Assembly (NCBI RefSeq): GCF_001194135.2
Contig: NC_068994.1
Location: 48,235,005 to 48,299,004, forward strand
Source of the DNA: Octopus bimaculoides
Taxonomy: Eukaryota
DNA: 64,000 nucleotides
Direction of reading: 5' to 3'
Part shown: one piece after another, positions 52,103-64,000 of the stretch
Position numbering within the stretch: position 1 is the stretch's first letter
Layout: each line of letters starts with the position of its first letter
Made by a program: the position numbers and the translations under genes
Notes under the pieces: generated by a model
Databases searched by the model: none
Seen by the model: only the letters and a program-made list of their open reading frames with translations
Told to the model about the DNA's origin: nothing

Positions 52103-54527
52103 NNNNNNNNNNNNNNNNNNNNNNNNNNNNNNNNNNNNNNNNNNNNNNNNNNNNNNNNNNNNNNNNNNNNNNNNNNNNNNNNNNNNNNNNNNNNNNNNNN
52201 NNNNNNNNNNNNNNNNNNNNNNNNNNNNNNNNNNNNNNNNNNNNNNNNNNNNNNNNNNNNNNNNNNNNNNNNNNNNNNNNNNNNNNNNNNNNNNNNNNNN
52301 NNNNNNNNNNNNNNNNNNNNNNNNNNNNNNNNNNNNNNNNNNNNNNNNNNNNNNNNNNNNNNNNNNNNNNNNNNNNNNNNNNNNNNNNNNNNNNNNNNNG
52401 TTCTCTGTCAGTTCTGAAATGCCGTTATTATTTATTTATTTACATATTCATATATTTTTTATTTCTGCCACTGGAAAAAAATAACTTCCAAAACAACATT
52501 TGTTTTAATACTATTTTAAGACCAAAACTCCTGTCAAACAATATTCACAAGAAACAAAAACATGTGAGTATGTGTACCTAAAAATTGAGCATATATTTTT
52601 CACATGAACATTTGAGCAATAACTGCTGGTCAAATACATGTACACCATACGAAAAAGTTGTCTAAATTACTTTTATAATTCTCAACATGTATTTTGATAG
52701 AACAGATGATTCAAATTTTGTTTCTTTTTTTTTTTTTTTAATTAAAATCTCAAATTTATAAAACAGATGCTTGCATAAAACCAAAAGTAGAGAAACAAGA
52801 AGTCAAATCAAGCAAAGAAGATTTTGATTCATGAAACTTGAATACCAGTTTATATGAAAAGAAGTAACTCAATTTTTCATAGATAAATGTATTTCAAAAT
52901 ATAGTACATGGAAAGTACTGGGAGGCTTAAGAGCTTATTAAGTAATTATATTCTAGCTTATTAAGGAATATATATTCTACTTTACTGATATGGTCAACTG
53001 GTCTAGTTAGTATTTGCAAAGTCTTGATAGTCTGACATTAATTGCAGCTAAACAAAGATTGGTGAAGGAAATTCATAGATATTATTGCCAAGGTTGTGAT
53101 ACAAGCAACTTCAAAGACAGGTATCAGTGATACATCAATGCTAAGAGTATTTCTGAAAGTTGAATCAGGAGGAAAGTTAACACTAATTAACTTAGCAGGG
53201 TTTCTAAGACTTGTGGAGGGAAAGGGAAGAGAAACCACATCTAATCAGGTACTGTCCAACAAACAAGCTTCTCCACAGGTTGGATTGACCAGGAGCATTG
53301 GTAGGTGAAACTTGCCTAAGCTGCCATGTGGTCGCATCAAAGCTGGAACCACATAATTGCAAAGCAAGTTTCTTAATAACACAGCCATGCCTGAGCCTGC
53401 ATTACCAGAAGGCTACAAATTTTGTAGGTGGATACATAAACCCTAGGAAGGCAAAGTCAACCTCTGTAGGAGTTGTACTTGGAAGCAAGACATCACAGAG
53501 CATTTAGTCTATTGTTTGAATATTTGTCACTCACCACCCTTATCAGTGCAAACTGTATTAATTCACTCAATATAAATCGAAGTGGGGGGGAGTCTATAAA
53601 ATAGAAAAACAAAACAAATATTTCAACACTAAAAGCAGGAGATATTTTACTCAAACTAGAAAATCCTCTCATATTTCTTTTAAAATAAACTTTCAACACC
53701 TGTAAACAATCTATACTCTTCTTTTTTAAAACTCCATATGGTGTTGTGTCAACGAAATGTCAAAGAGACTAAGCCAATGCACACAAACTGATTGCTCTAA
53801 CCATTTGCATGTACAGGTTGGAGGTAGATTTTTATTTCTTTCTAAATATTTAACTTATTGAAAGAAATGGGATTGTACACGTTGTTTGACAAAAATAATC
53901 AATAAAGACACTATCACTCAATGTTCGGAAAACATTTACATTAAATATTTACTTTTGTTCAGCAGCAACAACAAAAAAAAAAATGTTAATTACTATGCAC
54001 CACCAGGTGTCATAGTTTATAGTTAGATTAGTCAAAACCCTCTCTTGATGTTTTAATGCATTTCTGATCAAGATATTATTTACATCACTACCATTTTACA
54101 TTACCTCTATTAATGATAATGGGTGGAGGCTAGCAAAGTAGCAGTGAAAGGGGCATGTAGAAGACTAGCAGCTTTTTCTAATTAAAGATTCATCATCAAC
54201 TAATGCTACGGAAATGCATGGAGCACTGATGCTAAATACATGTATCATTTATATAACAATCATAAAAATTTTAAACAATACAACATGGATTAAGAATAAT
54301 TATGTAGGTTCCATTGGAGCAGCATTTCAGCATGGAAATATATTCCAAATGGAATGTAAATTGCTCCGGCAAACTTGCTTGAGGCACAGTCTTTATGACC
54401 AAGTTAACTGTAGAAGTTACAAATCTCAAATTAATTGAAGCTACTCTACTGCATAAACTCAAAATGCAACAATGAACTTTTACTAGGACAACAACAACAA
54501 TATGCTTAATAAATATATATAAGAATC

Positions 54528-54561
<34 letters not shown>

Positions 54562-56351
54562 ATCAGGCACTATGGTTCTATTACAGGGCCTTCAGCAACT
54601 TGGAATGAGGATTGAACATACTAGTTTCATCTTTATAATCCACACTATGTCAGTATTCAAGCTTTTAATGCTTGGGAATTAGCCTTGTTTTATTATTTTA
54701 TTATGTAAATGATATTGAGCCACTCATCACAAACTGGTTTACATTTTTAACAAGTAGTCCTATGCAACTTGCTTTCAGATGTTTGATAAATAAAGGTAAC
54801 TAATCCCTGATGAGTCTTAAAATATAAAAAAAAACATCCAACAATCTTTGCCCTAAGCTGCCAAAAGTACTGTAGTTTAATCATAAGGCCTAGCTTCATA
54901 GAATGTCTTTAAAATTATGACTGTATATGTATTCATATATATCAATCACAATAAATCAATATTTTTAAGTAGTTTACAATTAGATAATTAGATAAAAAGT
55001 AACAGCTAGCAAAGTCCTACTCACAAAGTAGCCATAATTTGTATCCAATAAAATGATATTGTGCTATACATATTTGAATCAGTGTGCTTTGGTGCAGATG
55101 GGTCCAGCATGGAAGTTTAATTTAATGCTGTAAGTAGCAAGCAAGGACAATGTATTACTAGCAAGTGATTTGTCAACTTAGAGTGATGCATACTCACCAA
55201 CACATTACATTTACTGACCAACAAAGGTGCTGCTTTTTATTATTTTCTGCCTCTTCTAACCATGACTACAATCACTTCTCCTCTTGAAGGTGGCAAGCTA
55301 CATATCTCCTACCTCGGTCTACTGAATGCACTTGTCCCATTCAAACTCTGTACTAAACATTTTGCAGAGTCAATTCTCAAAACTAGAACTCTCCTTGCTC
55401 GTGTTATTTTGCTAGTGGTATATCGCCAACATACTAGAAGCAGAAGTCTGAAAATTTCCATAAGATGCTCTTTTCAGGACACTTGAAGTGGATGCATTCT
55501 TCTTTGAGATAGAGAAAAGTCCAGAGTCTTCCCAATAGAACAGACAGATGTGAAAAGTAAACTCCTCATATAAAATATAAATAGTGGATTTTAAATGAAT
55601 GTCTTGGAACTGGTAAACTAATTCTGGTGACCACACATTTTACTTGAACAGGAGTTCCACCCATGTATGTGCACTGAATGAGGCAATACTTTAGGAGTTC
55701 CAGTAGTATCTTATTTAAACCCTGTGAGAATATCTTCTACATATCTAACAATCAGACATAGTTGGGTGTGATATAAAGGAAATTAGGCTGATATTTCTAA
55801 AGATCCATGCCGAGTCATATTGAATAACTTATTCCTAGATACACTATCTGAAAAAAGACTGGATGGTCACGGCTGGAATTCTTTTAATTAGAGCTGTCTG
55901 GGATTAAAGAAACAACAAAAGTTTCTCAAGCCATTATTTTTATTGACAAGTGGCTCCAACAGTACTTTTAGCTCAGTCCTATTTATACACCTTGTCACTA
56001 CATCAAACAGTCACTGTACCAAATCTTTAAGAAAGACTTTCACTCTAATCAACTATTCGATTACTTTCATTCTATTGAGCCATAAGAGAAACCACATAAA
56101 CAGTTTCTATAGTATTTGCTCTACAGAATCATAGTTTCCAAAGTTCTATTTTGAACCAACAATTCATTAGAATTTCATTCTTTCTCTTTTGTTTATCTTT
56201 AACTGTAATCATCAACGTTGGATAGATCTTTAACACTGTCTCATTACTTGTTGCATTCCAGCATCCCAAAATCAAACCTTACTACTTACTTTCTCATGGG
56301 CTTCTTGGCATTTCACTTATCATCCTTATCTTTTATATATACTTTTATATA

Positions 56352-56785
56352 TAGGTGTAGGAGTGGCTGTGTGGTAAGTAGCTTGCTTACGAACCACATG
56401 GTTCCGGGTTCAGTCCCACTGCATGGCACCTTGGGCAAGTGTCTTCTACTGTAGCCTCGGGCCAACCAAAGCCTTGTGAGTGGAGTTGGTAGACGGAAAC
56501 TGAAAGAAGCTAGTCATATATGTGTGTGTGTTTCCCCAACATCGCTTGACAACCAATGCTGGTGTGTTTATGTCCCCGTAACTTAGCAGTTCAGCAAAAG
56601 AGACCGATGGAATAAGTACTAGGCTTACAAAGAATAAGTCCTGGGGGTCGATTTGNNNNNNNNNNAAGAGACCGATGGAATAAGTACTAGGCTTACAAAG
56701 AATAAGTCCTGGGGGTCGATTTGCTTGGCTAAAGGCAGTGCTCCAGCATGGCCACAGTCAAATGACTGAAACAAGTAAAAGAGTA
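56352..56785 (+). mobile_element. SINE family A, full length; a ~58-bp internal segment is duplicated across a 10-N gap
   Basis: Complete copy. The segment aagagaccgatggaataag...gggtcgatttg appears on both sides of N 56656-56665. Confidence 0.85.
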
Positions 56786-59700
56786 CCTAAATCTCATCTT
56801 TCACCTAATGATAGCTAAAGTAGTTTACCACAAATTACTCAAACTTTTGGGAAAATAATTTTTGTTTCAATGATCTGGAGTGCAGTTTTATAAGAAAAAA
56901 AATAAGATATCTGATGACATTGATAGTACTATTTGAGTTATTATTTTTTTTGACTCTAATAAAGTTGAACCTGAAAAGATTTGAACTCAGAATAGTAGAG
57001 TAACAAACTTTCATGAAAGCTGTAAAGTATGTAAAGTACTATGAACTGTATCATAACAATGCATATATATATAAGAATAAAAAAATTATTAATCAAAAGA
57101 AGATAATGCTTATGTAAATTGTGCTTATGACAAAAATACATATTTAAAAACAAAAATTAGAAAAGTAAAATATGGGTATAAACCAAGTGTTTGTCTTTAA
57201 AACCTCAAAAAATAATTTACACAATTTAATTGTTAACTCTCAGTAAAACTCATTTATTTAAAAATAATTAAATTGGATAAGTGAATGAAAGTGCGTTGAT
57301 AAATAATTTGAAGGTAGTGAGTTCCAATCTGACTTCTGAAGTTCATAATCTTTAAGACAACGAATATTAGTTACTAATAAAATAACCTATTGCACTATAA
57401 AGATCTCACTGAAATAATCAAGTATTGTTTCTGATTTGTGTCAATATTCATAAGTAGTTCACTCAAGAGCTTAAAAATCTAGCACAGTAGCTGCAGACCA
57501 CTACTACAAAGCAAGCCTGTATGCATTCGTGTTTAACTGAAAGAAAATAGTCTACGTCTCCACTTCATGGTTGTCTGCTTAGTTTACTGTAGCAAAAGTA
57601 AAAATGAAATTTTAAAAAATATCTGTGTTTTTAAATGTAGGACGACTCCACTCAAGCATGAATAAATAATGTACGTGATTCTTACTTTAACTTATATTTT
57701 TAATATATGTACAATTATATTTTAAAATCTGTTTTTTTTTTTTTTAACTATTTTAAGCTCATTATTCCATATTAGTATAGATTTGATCATTCTATAAATT
57801 CAAGTTCCAGAACGTGATTTACTGGAAAAGCCTTTTGTATATTTTCTCCAGGTGGTTGGCTGTCTCTCTAAACAGTAAAGTTACACTTTTTCTTAACTAA
57901 TGGTTGCTCAAGTAATTGCTTAAGCAAACCTATGATCAAAAATATTCTAGCCATTACTACCCAAAGTTTTTTTTGTCTTTTCAGGCAGTATGCAATTCAG
58001 GACTACATTAATTTATTTGAAACTACACAATCTAATATGATCTTTTTCCTCACAATTTAGGAAATCTTTTGGGGACAATTAGCAGAAGGAACATACAATA
58101 TAATATCCATAAAGTTTAAACACAAACAATCATAGCCACTGGTTGGTTCACTAGATCAGTGCAAACTTGATCACTCCTTGAATAACAAGTCTTTCAGTCA
58201 AAGACTGATAACATGTCAACAGCAAAATTTGAATACTTTATATTCCCATTAATTATATTTTCATTTCCCCAGGAAAATGTCATGCAACTCAAGACTGATA
58301 CTAATTTACACATATTGGTGAACATATGTTCTTTATGTGCATTTACACCAGGTTAAAAGTATATATAAGCATGCACGTAAACATGTATAGACACACGTTT
58401 ATATTTGCCAATGTAACTATGTAATTATAATAATTATTCTACTTCTACTGAAATAATTATTGCATTGTGTATATCATGTCATAAGAATTTAATGGATATG
58501 TATTGTTACTTTTCTATTTTTATAGTTATTATTGTTTCTGCAAATTGACTCAGTCTTCTCTTCATTGTAAACAATATCAAACAGAAACTGATCTGAGTAA
58601 ACACCCAGTTATGTGTAACTATGGTATGTAGAATATATATCATCATCATTTTTGTGCTTGTTCTTTCATACTCATAAGGGTTGGGTGGAAGTTTTTGATA
58701 TAGTGAAGCTTATAAAATTTACATTTTTTTTTTTTAAATTTTATTTTGCTGATCACGTTTTCAGACAAGTTTCAGCAAGAAATATACACTAAATAGCAAC
58801 AAATATTCAACCAATGAGAAAGCTTGTATGTAGTTGCTCAACCTGCTAGAATAGACAAATCACTAAAATCACACGCAACTAGTTTAAAATAAAAAAGTTA
58901 TTTAAAGACAAGAAAGGCATGTTGGAAAATGTAGTTGGAGATAACTGTGTTTGAAAAGAGTTACAAATGGAATGTTCTTGATCATAGGTCTGCTGAATCA
59001 GAGATGATTTAAGCTAATTAACAGATATGTGTAACCATAAAAAAAATAAAATAAGAACAGTAAAAGATAAATAATGACTCATAAGTACAGGGAGAAATGA
59101 AAGGGGGAGTTGTGATGATTACTCTTTTTCCAAGAGCATAAATAACTAAAATGGAAAAGATTCCAATTGAGAAGTAAAATCAGAGTAAAATTAATAAATT
59201 TAGACATAACAGAAATTTTTTTAATATATTTTCTAATTACATTATAATGAATTACGTTAGACATTGTGTCTAATACCTGTAAAAGTCCCTTCTCAAATTG
59301 CTGAACCAAATGGGGAGTGTTTGATTTCTCAATATGCTAGAAATAGCAGCTAAATTTCCTTCAAATTACATCCAACCATGCAACATTTTAAGCTAAACTA
59401 TAATCATACAGCTTCATCCAGTTATTGTTAATCCTAGGAAAGATAGAGACAACTGGACATTTCTTAACTCACTAGGATAATCCAACAGCAATTTAATAGT
59501 TTTCATCTTGGTAGTTGAGTAGAAACAACCATGAGATTGACGGTTGTGCAAGGTTTTATAACAGGAAAGGAATGTTATAAGAGCAACTGGAACAAAAACA
59601 GTGCAGGCCCATAGAGATTGAAACTTTATATCTACTACATTTGATAGTCACATAAGTTCAAGTCCCACCAGTGGACCTGTTGCTCTTTATATATCAAACA

Positions 59701-60039
59701 GTTATAATATCTAATAACATTTACATTAAAATTTCAAGACGAGGTAAACCTGGTCCAAAAGCACCACAGAGACTTTTCAATGTAAAATCAATTTTGCTTA
59801 AATGTTGTAAAGAAGGAAGAGATTTGGGAGCTAAATTTAGCAGGTTAAATGGCTAAACAGAATCCTTCTTGCAGGATTTTACATAGTCACTCAAATTCAT
59901 CAAACAACCAGGATTAAGTACCAGATCAGATGGGTAATGTTAGCAGTTTTAGACCAGCATCCCATGAAGAGTAGTATTAATCTCTAACCTGCTTCTCAAC
60001 ATAGAAACGAAGATAAGCAGTGGCCATTTAGTACACAGA

Positions 60040-60905
60040 CAAGGTGGTATCAAAAAGTCCCAGGACTAGTTATGTTTAATAAAAAATAACTTATTTTACC
60101 TAAGTCTTATCATCTCCTTCAAGATAGTCACCTTGCACAGCAGTACACCAGTCCCAGCATTCCTGCCACTTTTGGAATTTGGCCTGAAATTTGTTTTCTG
60201 TAAGTGAGTTGAGGACCTTCTGCACTGGATTTCAACAACAGTGTTAGAACAGCAACTTTGGACTGCATTTTCATTTGAGGAAAAAACATGGAAGTCTGCA
60301 GGTGCTAAATCTTGGTGAACAGGGCAGGTACAGAAGCGATACCATGTTGTTTTTGGCAAGAAACTCACGGGGGAGGAGAGCTCAGTGACAGAGTGCATTG
60401 TCGTCATGAAGAATCCAGTTCTTCGTGTTCCACAGATCCGGTTGGTTTCACTGAATGTCCTCCCTCAAACACTTCAAAACATCACAGTAGAACTCTTGAT
60501 TGAAGGTCTGGCCCTACAGGATGAATTCTCAATGCACAATACCACATTTCTGGGGATGATGCTTATGGCAGATCTTTCAAGGATGTTCTACTTTTGAAGT
60601 GCCTTTGCCACTTGAGAAACATTGCATACAACCCATTGCCTTGTTGCCGTAAGCTTGCCGAAGCATGCTCAATGTCTCTGTAGCAGACTTCCGAAGTTTA
60701 ATGCAAAATTTAACATTAGCTCTTTGTTCCTGTCCATGACAAAATTACAGACTACAGTATGTGATTGCAAAAACACAAATTTCACAACTAGCGAAGTAAA
60801 CACAGCGATATCACTGCTAGCTCTCACTGCAGACGCAACCAAGTGCTGTCATCTGTTGGCACACTACAGAACTAGGCTGGGAACTTTTTTTGATAGCACC
60901 TCATA
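60040..60905 (-). mobile_element. internally deleted mariner element with both TIRs
   Basis: Left caaggtggtatcaaaaagtcccaggactagtt is roughly the reverse complement of right aactaggctgggaactttttttgatagcacctca|TA. The minus strand encodes HQDLAPADFHVF (mariner YSPDLAPxDF motif). Confidence 0.82.
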
Positions 60906-61439
60906 AATTTACAAGGTACTCAACAAATTTTAATCTGGGTCTAAAAGAATGGGTGTATAATCCTCAGTGAAAATGATATATAGATAAAAACATTTCACAG
61001 AAGTAAAGCTAAGTCCTTCTGCAGGCTTATTGCTCTTTCGATCTTAAACAGTGAAACAGTTACAGACAAACCTTGTTCCTAGCATTTTATTCTTGAAATT
61101 ATACTCTGCAATAGTTACTGTCAATTTTATTAGCTGGCATAAAATTAATTCCTCCCACTCACAAAAACAATAAAAGTAAAAAGTATCCAATATGAAAGTA
61201 TATGCAATGAGATATATTACTGGTATTAAATGACAATCAAGAGTGCAGGAAAAAAATAAGCATGCGACAGTGTTAAAACGTAGACAAGTAAATGAAGAGA
61301 AGTTAAATGTTGAAGTGTCAATGAACCGGTGACACTCCAACAGAATAAAGCAAGCAACACATAATACGAGACAGGTTTCCTGTTTCAATGACTGAAACCT
61401 ATAATGCGATTAATAGTTGTAAAGGTATAATATACTCAC

Positions 61440-61688
61440 CAAAGTCAGTGCCGTGGCATGTGAGTCAATTTCAGCAGTCAGAGGAGGCTTGTCGCCTACC
61501 TGGAAGTCAAAGTAGACAACCTTGTGGGAGAATGTGGAGAACTCATTACTAAAGCAGAATTTATACACGCCAGTCTGGTCAGCTGTCCACGTGAAGGTAT
61601 CATACTGTTTCTTAGTGTCTTTGTATAATATCTGACCACTTGGTGCTGAAAGTTCCATATCAACGTCATAACTACCACCAGTTATTAC
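61440..61688 (-). CDS. TMED7: p24-gamma / TMED7-TMED3-like cargo receptor, GOLD-domain exon (internal exon, phase 0/0)
   Basis: Acceptor ttgcAG (61690-61689) and donor GTGAGT (from 61439). The 83 codons [10 protein letters not shown]...KKQYDTF...[29 protein letters not shown]...ATALTL closely match recalled TMED7/TMED3 exon 2. The signal-peptide exon was not found in the window. Confidence 0.95.
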
Positions 61689-62863
61689 CTGCAACAGAAA
61701 CAAAACACTGTGTATTTTCTGATTATAAATAATAAACACCCAGTTTTAAAGCCATTATTGCCAATAATTAGTCTGGAGAAGCAAGAAAGTGGCCCTGATT
61801 TTTCCAAGCTCTTTGAAACTGCAGTATATGGATAGTTGGATGTGATTATTACAGTTAATATTCACATTAATACTCTTGATGTATATTAAGAAAATTATGG
61901 AAAGAGGCAACAGAACCAAGCAGTGTTTATAATGCAGCAATTTGGTTAGAAGACAACATAGAATAGTCAATGCTTGTATCAAATGGTTTTAAGATGGAAG
62001 TGGTATATTGTTAGCAAGACCTAGATAGTAGTGGAAAAGATATAGTGATGAACATAATTCATGAATGGGCAAGAAAAGATACTGTTATTGATGGTTTACA
62101 CAAGAAAAGATTGGATATGGCTAGCCACCAGATTGAGAGAAATGGTCAGAATTTCATATCATATCATTTGCCGGATTCTCAAACTTTCACTTTAAAAATT
62201 AGAATGAATGAAACCTATTGATTATTTTTAAGGTAGTTCTGGGGTGAGACAATAATAGCTGTGAACTAGTGCATCCTTCTCATACTTTTACCCCTCGTTA
62301 CCGTGGATAAAGCTGGCTCCTGAAAGTTTGTAGTTTTGCAAACTGTATAGCAGCTTAGTCCCATAATGGTTCATGTGATGCTGATCGTCTCCAAGCAAAA
62401 TATGAGGGACTTTCTAACACAGATCAACACAAAGGCTGGTGATTACTTGATATGAAAAATAAAAAGAAGTGTTAGAACATGATTACAGAAACCTTAAGCA
62501 CTTCATAAGGTTCCTCTATAAAAACGATTAACTTTGACACAACAGAAGAGTATAGTTGAATAAATTAACCCCACTACTTGATTGGTATATACTTTATCAA
62601 CCCTAAAGACGAAAACAAATTAGACTACAGTGGAATTTGAACTTGATGTTAAAAAAGAGATGTAACTTAATGCCAAATTGCTTAACTGCTATAAGTTAAA
62701 ATGGTCATGAAACTTAAACTCTAATAATCAAAATTCTAAGTGTGTGTGTGTGTGTTACAACATGGATAAGGTTTGATAAGAAGAATACCCAGCTGTAAAA
62801 GCCTGCCTCAAATAAGTACTTGCCCAACACATGCTGACATGGAAAAATGGATATTAAATGAAT

Positions 62864-62898
<35 letters not shown>

Positions 62899-63149
62899 TC
62901 AGCTAACTATAGACATTTAGGTCTACTTAACAGAAATTAGAAAAGAGTGCTCCTTAAAAATAAGAATGATTTCTAACATTGGCACAAACCCACAAATTTT
63001 GGGGGAGAAGTGACTGTGACTAGTCCGATTCCAGCACATGCCCGCTTTTTATTTTTGTCAACTTCAATTGAATAGAAGGCAAAGTCAACGCCTTAAGAAT
63101 GTGAATTCTGATAGTGAGAAATAGGATAACATTCTCAGAAACTCCAAGA

Positions 63150-63470
63150 TCTGTGCCGCAGACACGCTCTCTCCACACTGCCCTTTCTACCATGCTACAA
63201 TGACCCCTGCTCCTCAAATGTGACTGCTCTCGTGTCACTTTCGCGCAAGAACCCTCGATTCACTCTTTTCTCCGACTCTCAACACTGTTCACCACTACTC
63301 CACATATACACCACTTCCAAGACAGACACACTAACCACTACAATCAATCCTTTCGTCCCAGAATATCGACACTTGGGGATTCCCTCCCGGCACATATCCT
63401 TCAAGTATCGATCTCACCGGTCTCGGAGGGCCAGTGAAGGTCGTAGACACCTCTTCCTCCAGACTAAACT
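63150..63470 (+). mobile_element. CR1/L2-type LINE 3' end (degenerate)
   Basis: A frame reads HTNHYNQSFRPRISTLGDSLPAHI, resembling the CR1/L2 C-terminal 'RT..Y..SFFPRT..LWNSLP' motif. It is locally GC-richer. Confidence 0.6.
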
Positions 63471-64000
63471 ATTTAAAAAAAAATTTTTTTTTTAAATCAA
63501 TCCTGTCCCCTACCATTTTCGCCATTCCATCAGCTTGATTTTTATTATACATAAAACATACTCATACGGGATTAATAATAGATATTAAACTAAGCGTAAA
63601 CAACCAGTCCAATTTAATGCATGAGTGCGTATAAAACTGTCAAATTGCATTTTGTGTCAAATGATAATCTCCATATTTACAGATAAATACTGTTTGATTT
63701 TTATTTTTGATGTTTTCCTAGGTAATATTTAAATCTGTAAAATTTAGCCATTTGTACACCCAAATGTTTAGTCACTAAACCTTATTTTTATTATTATTAT
63801 TTAAATTCTTGGTTAAAATACACAACTTTCACACCTAATATGTATCATAATAACGTTGGTACGCTCCTAGTTAACGTGGCAGTATAAGCAACCCAATGGA
63901 GCCATCCATTCATTAAACCTTACATGAATTCATATAAATTATCTGTTAATATACGAAAAGATGGTCAGTAAATAACCTGAAGGGAGGAAGTACGTTCTAC

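Noticed and set aside
56598-56723. Direct repeat of about 58 bp flanking a 10-N gap
   Set aside because: An identical overlap on both sides of a minimal gap is the signature of unmerged contig ends, so it is not biological.
61690-64000. First (signal-peptide) exon of the p24 gene
   Set aside because: No LTFELPD/CFYE/EFQ-like segment with a donor site was seen. The GC-richer patch at 63150-63470 is a CR1/L2 relic, so exon 1 probably lies outside the window.

Overview
AT-rich, intron-dominated eukaryotic genomic DNA with six N-gaps, dense tRNA-derived SINEs, LINE and DNA-transposon relics, and many microsatellites. The repeat landscape resembles an octopus/coleoid cephalopod genome (inferred from recalled repeat consensus, not verified). 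Two spliced genes could be reconstructed, tail to tail. (1) A complete 7-exon, 217-aa Rab5-group GTPase (RabX1 / Rab22-Rab31-like) on + at 12155-25403, ending in a CxC prenylation motif, with a CLEAR-type E-box upstream. (2) The 3' part of a p24-gamma cargo receptor (TMED7/TMED3-like) on -, whose first exon was not found and probably lies beyond base 64000. The standout observation is that this p24 gene has one GOLD-domain exon (61440-61688) but two intact, anciently diverged copies of its terminal exon (43998-44222 and 33098-33331; 38/74 aa identical). Both have phase-0 acceptors, suggesting alternative last exons that swap the coiled coil, TM helix and cytoplasmic tail. Other notable structures are a head-to-head telomeric-repeat palindrome (6681-6874), a nested TIR element with an 8-bp TSD that splits a LINE reading frame (5963-6495), serial same-site SINE insertions, and inverted SINE pairs around the p24 terminal exons. 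Most entries in the ORF track are microsatellite, gap or TE artefacts.
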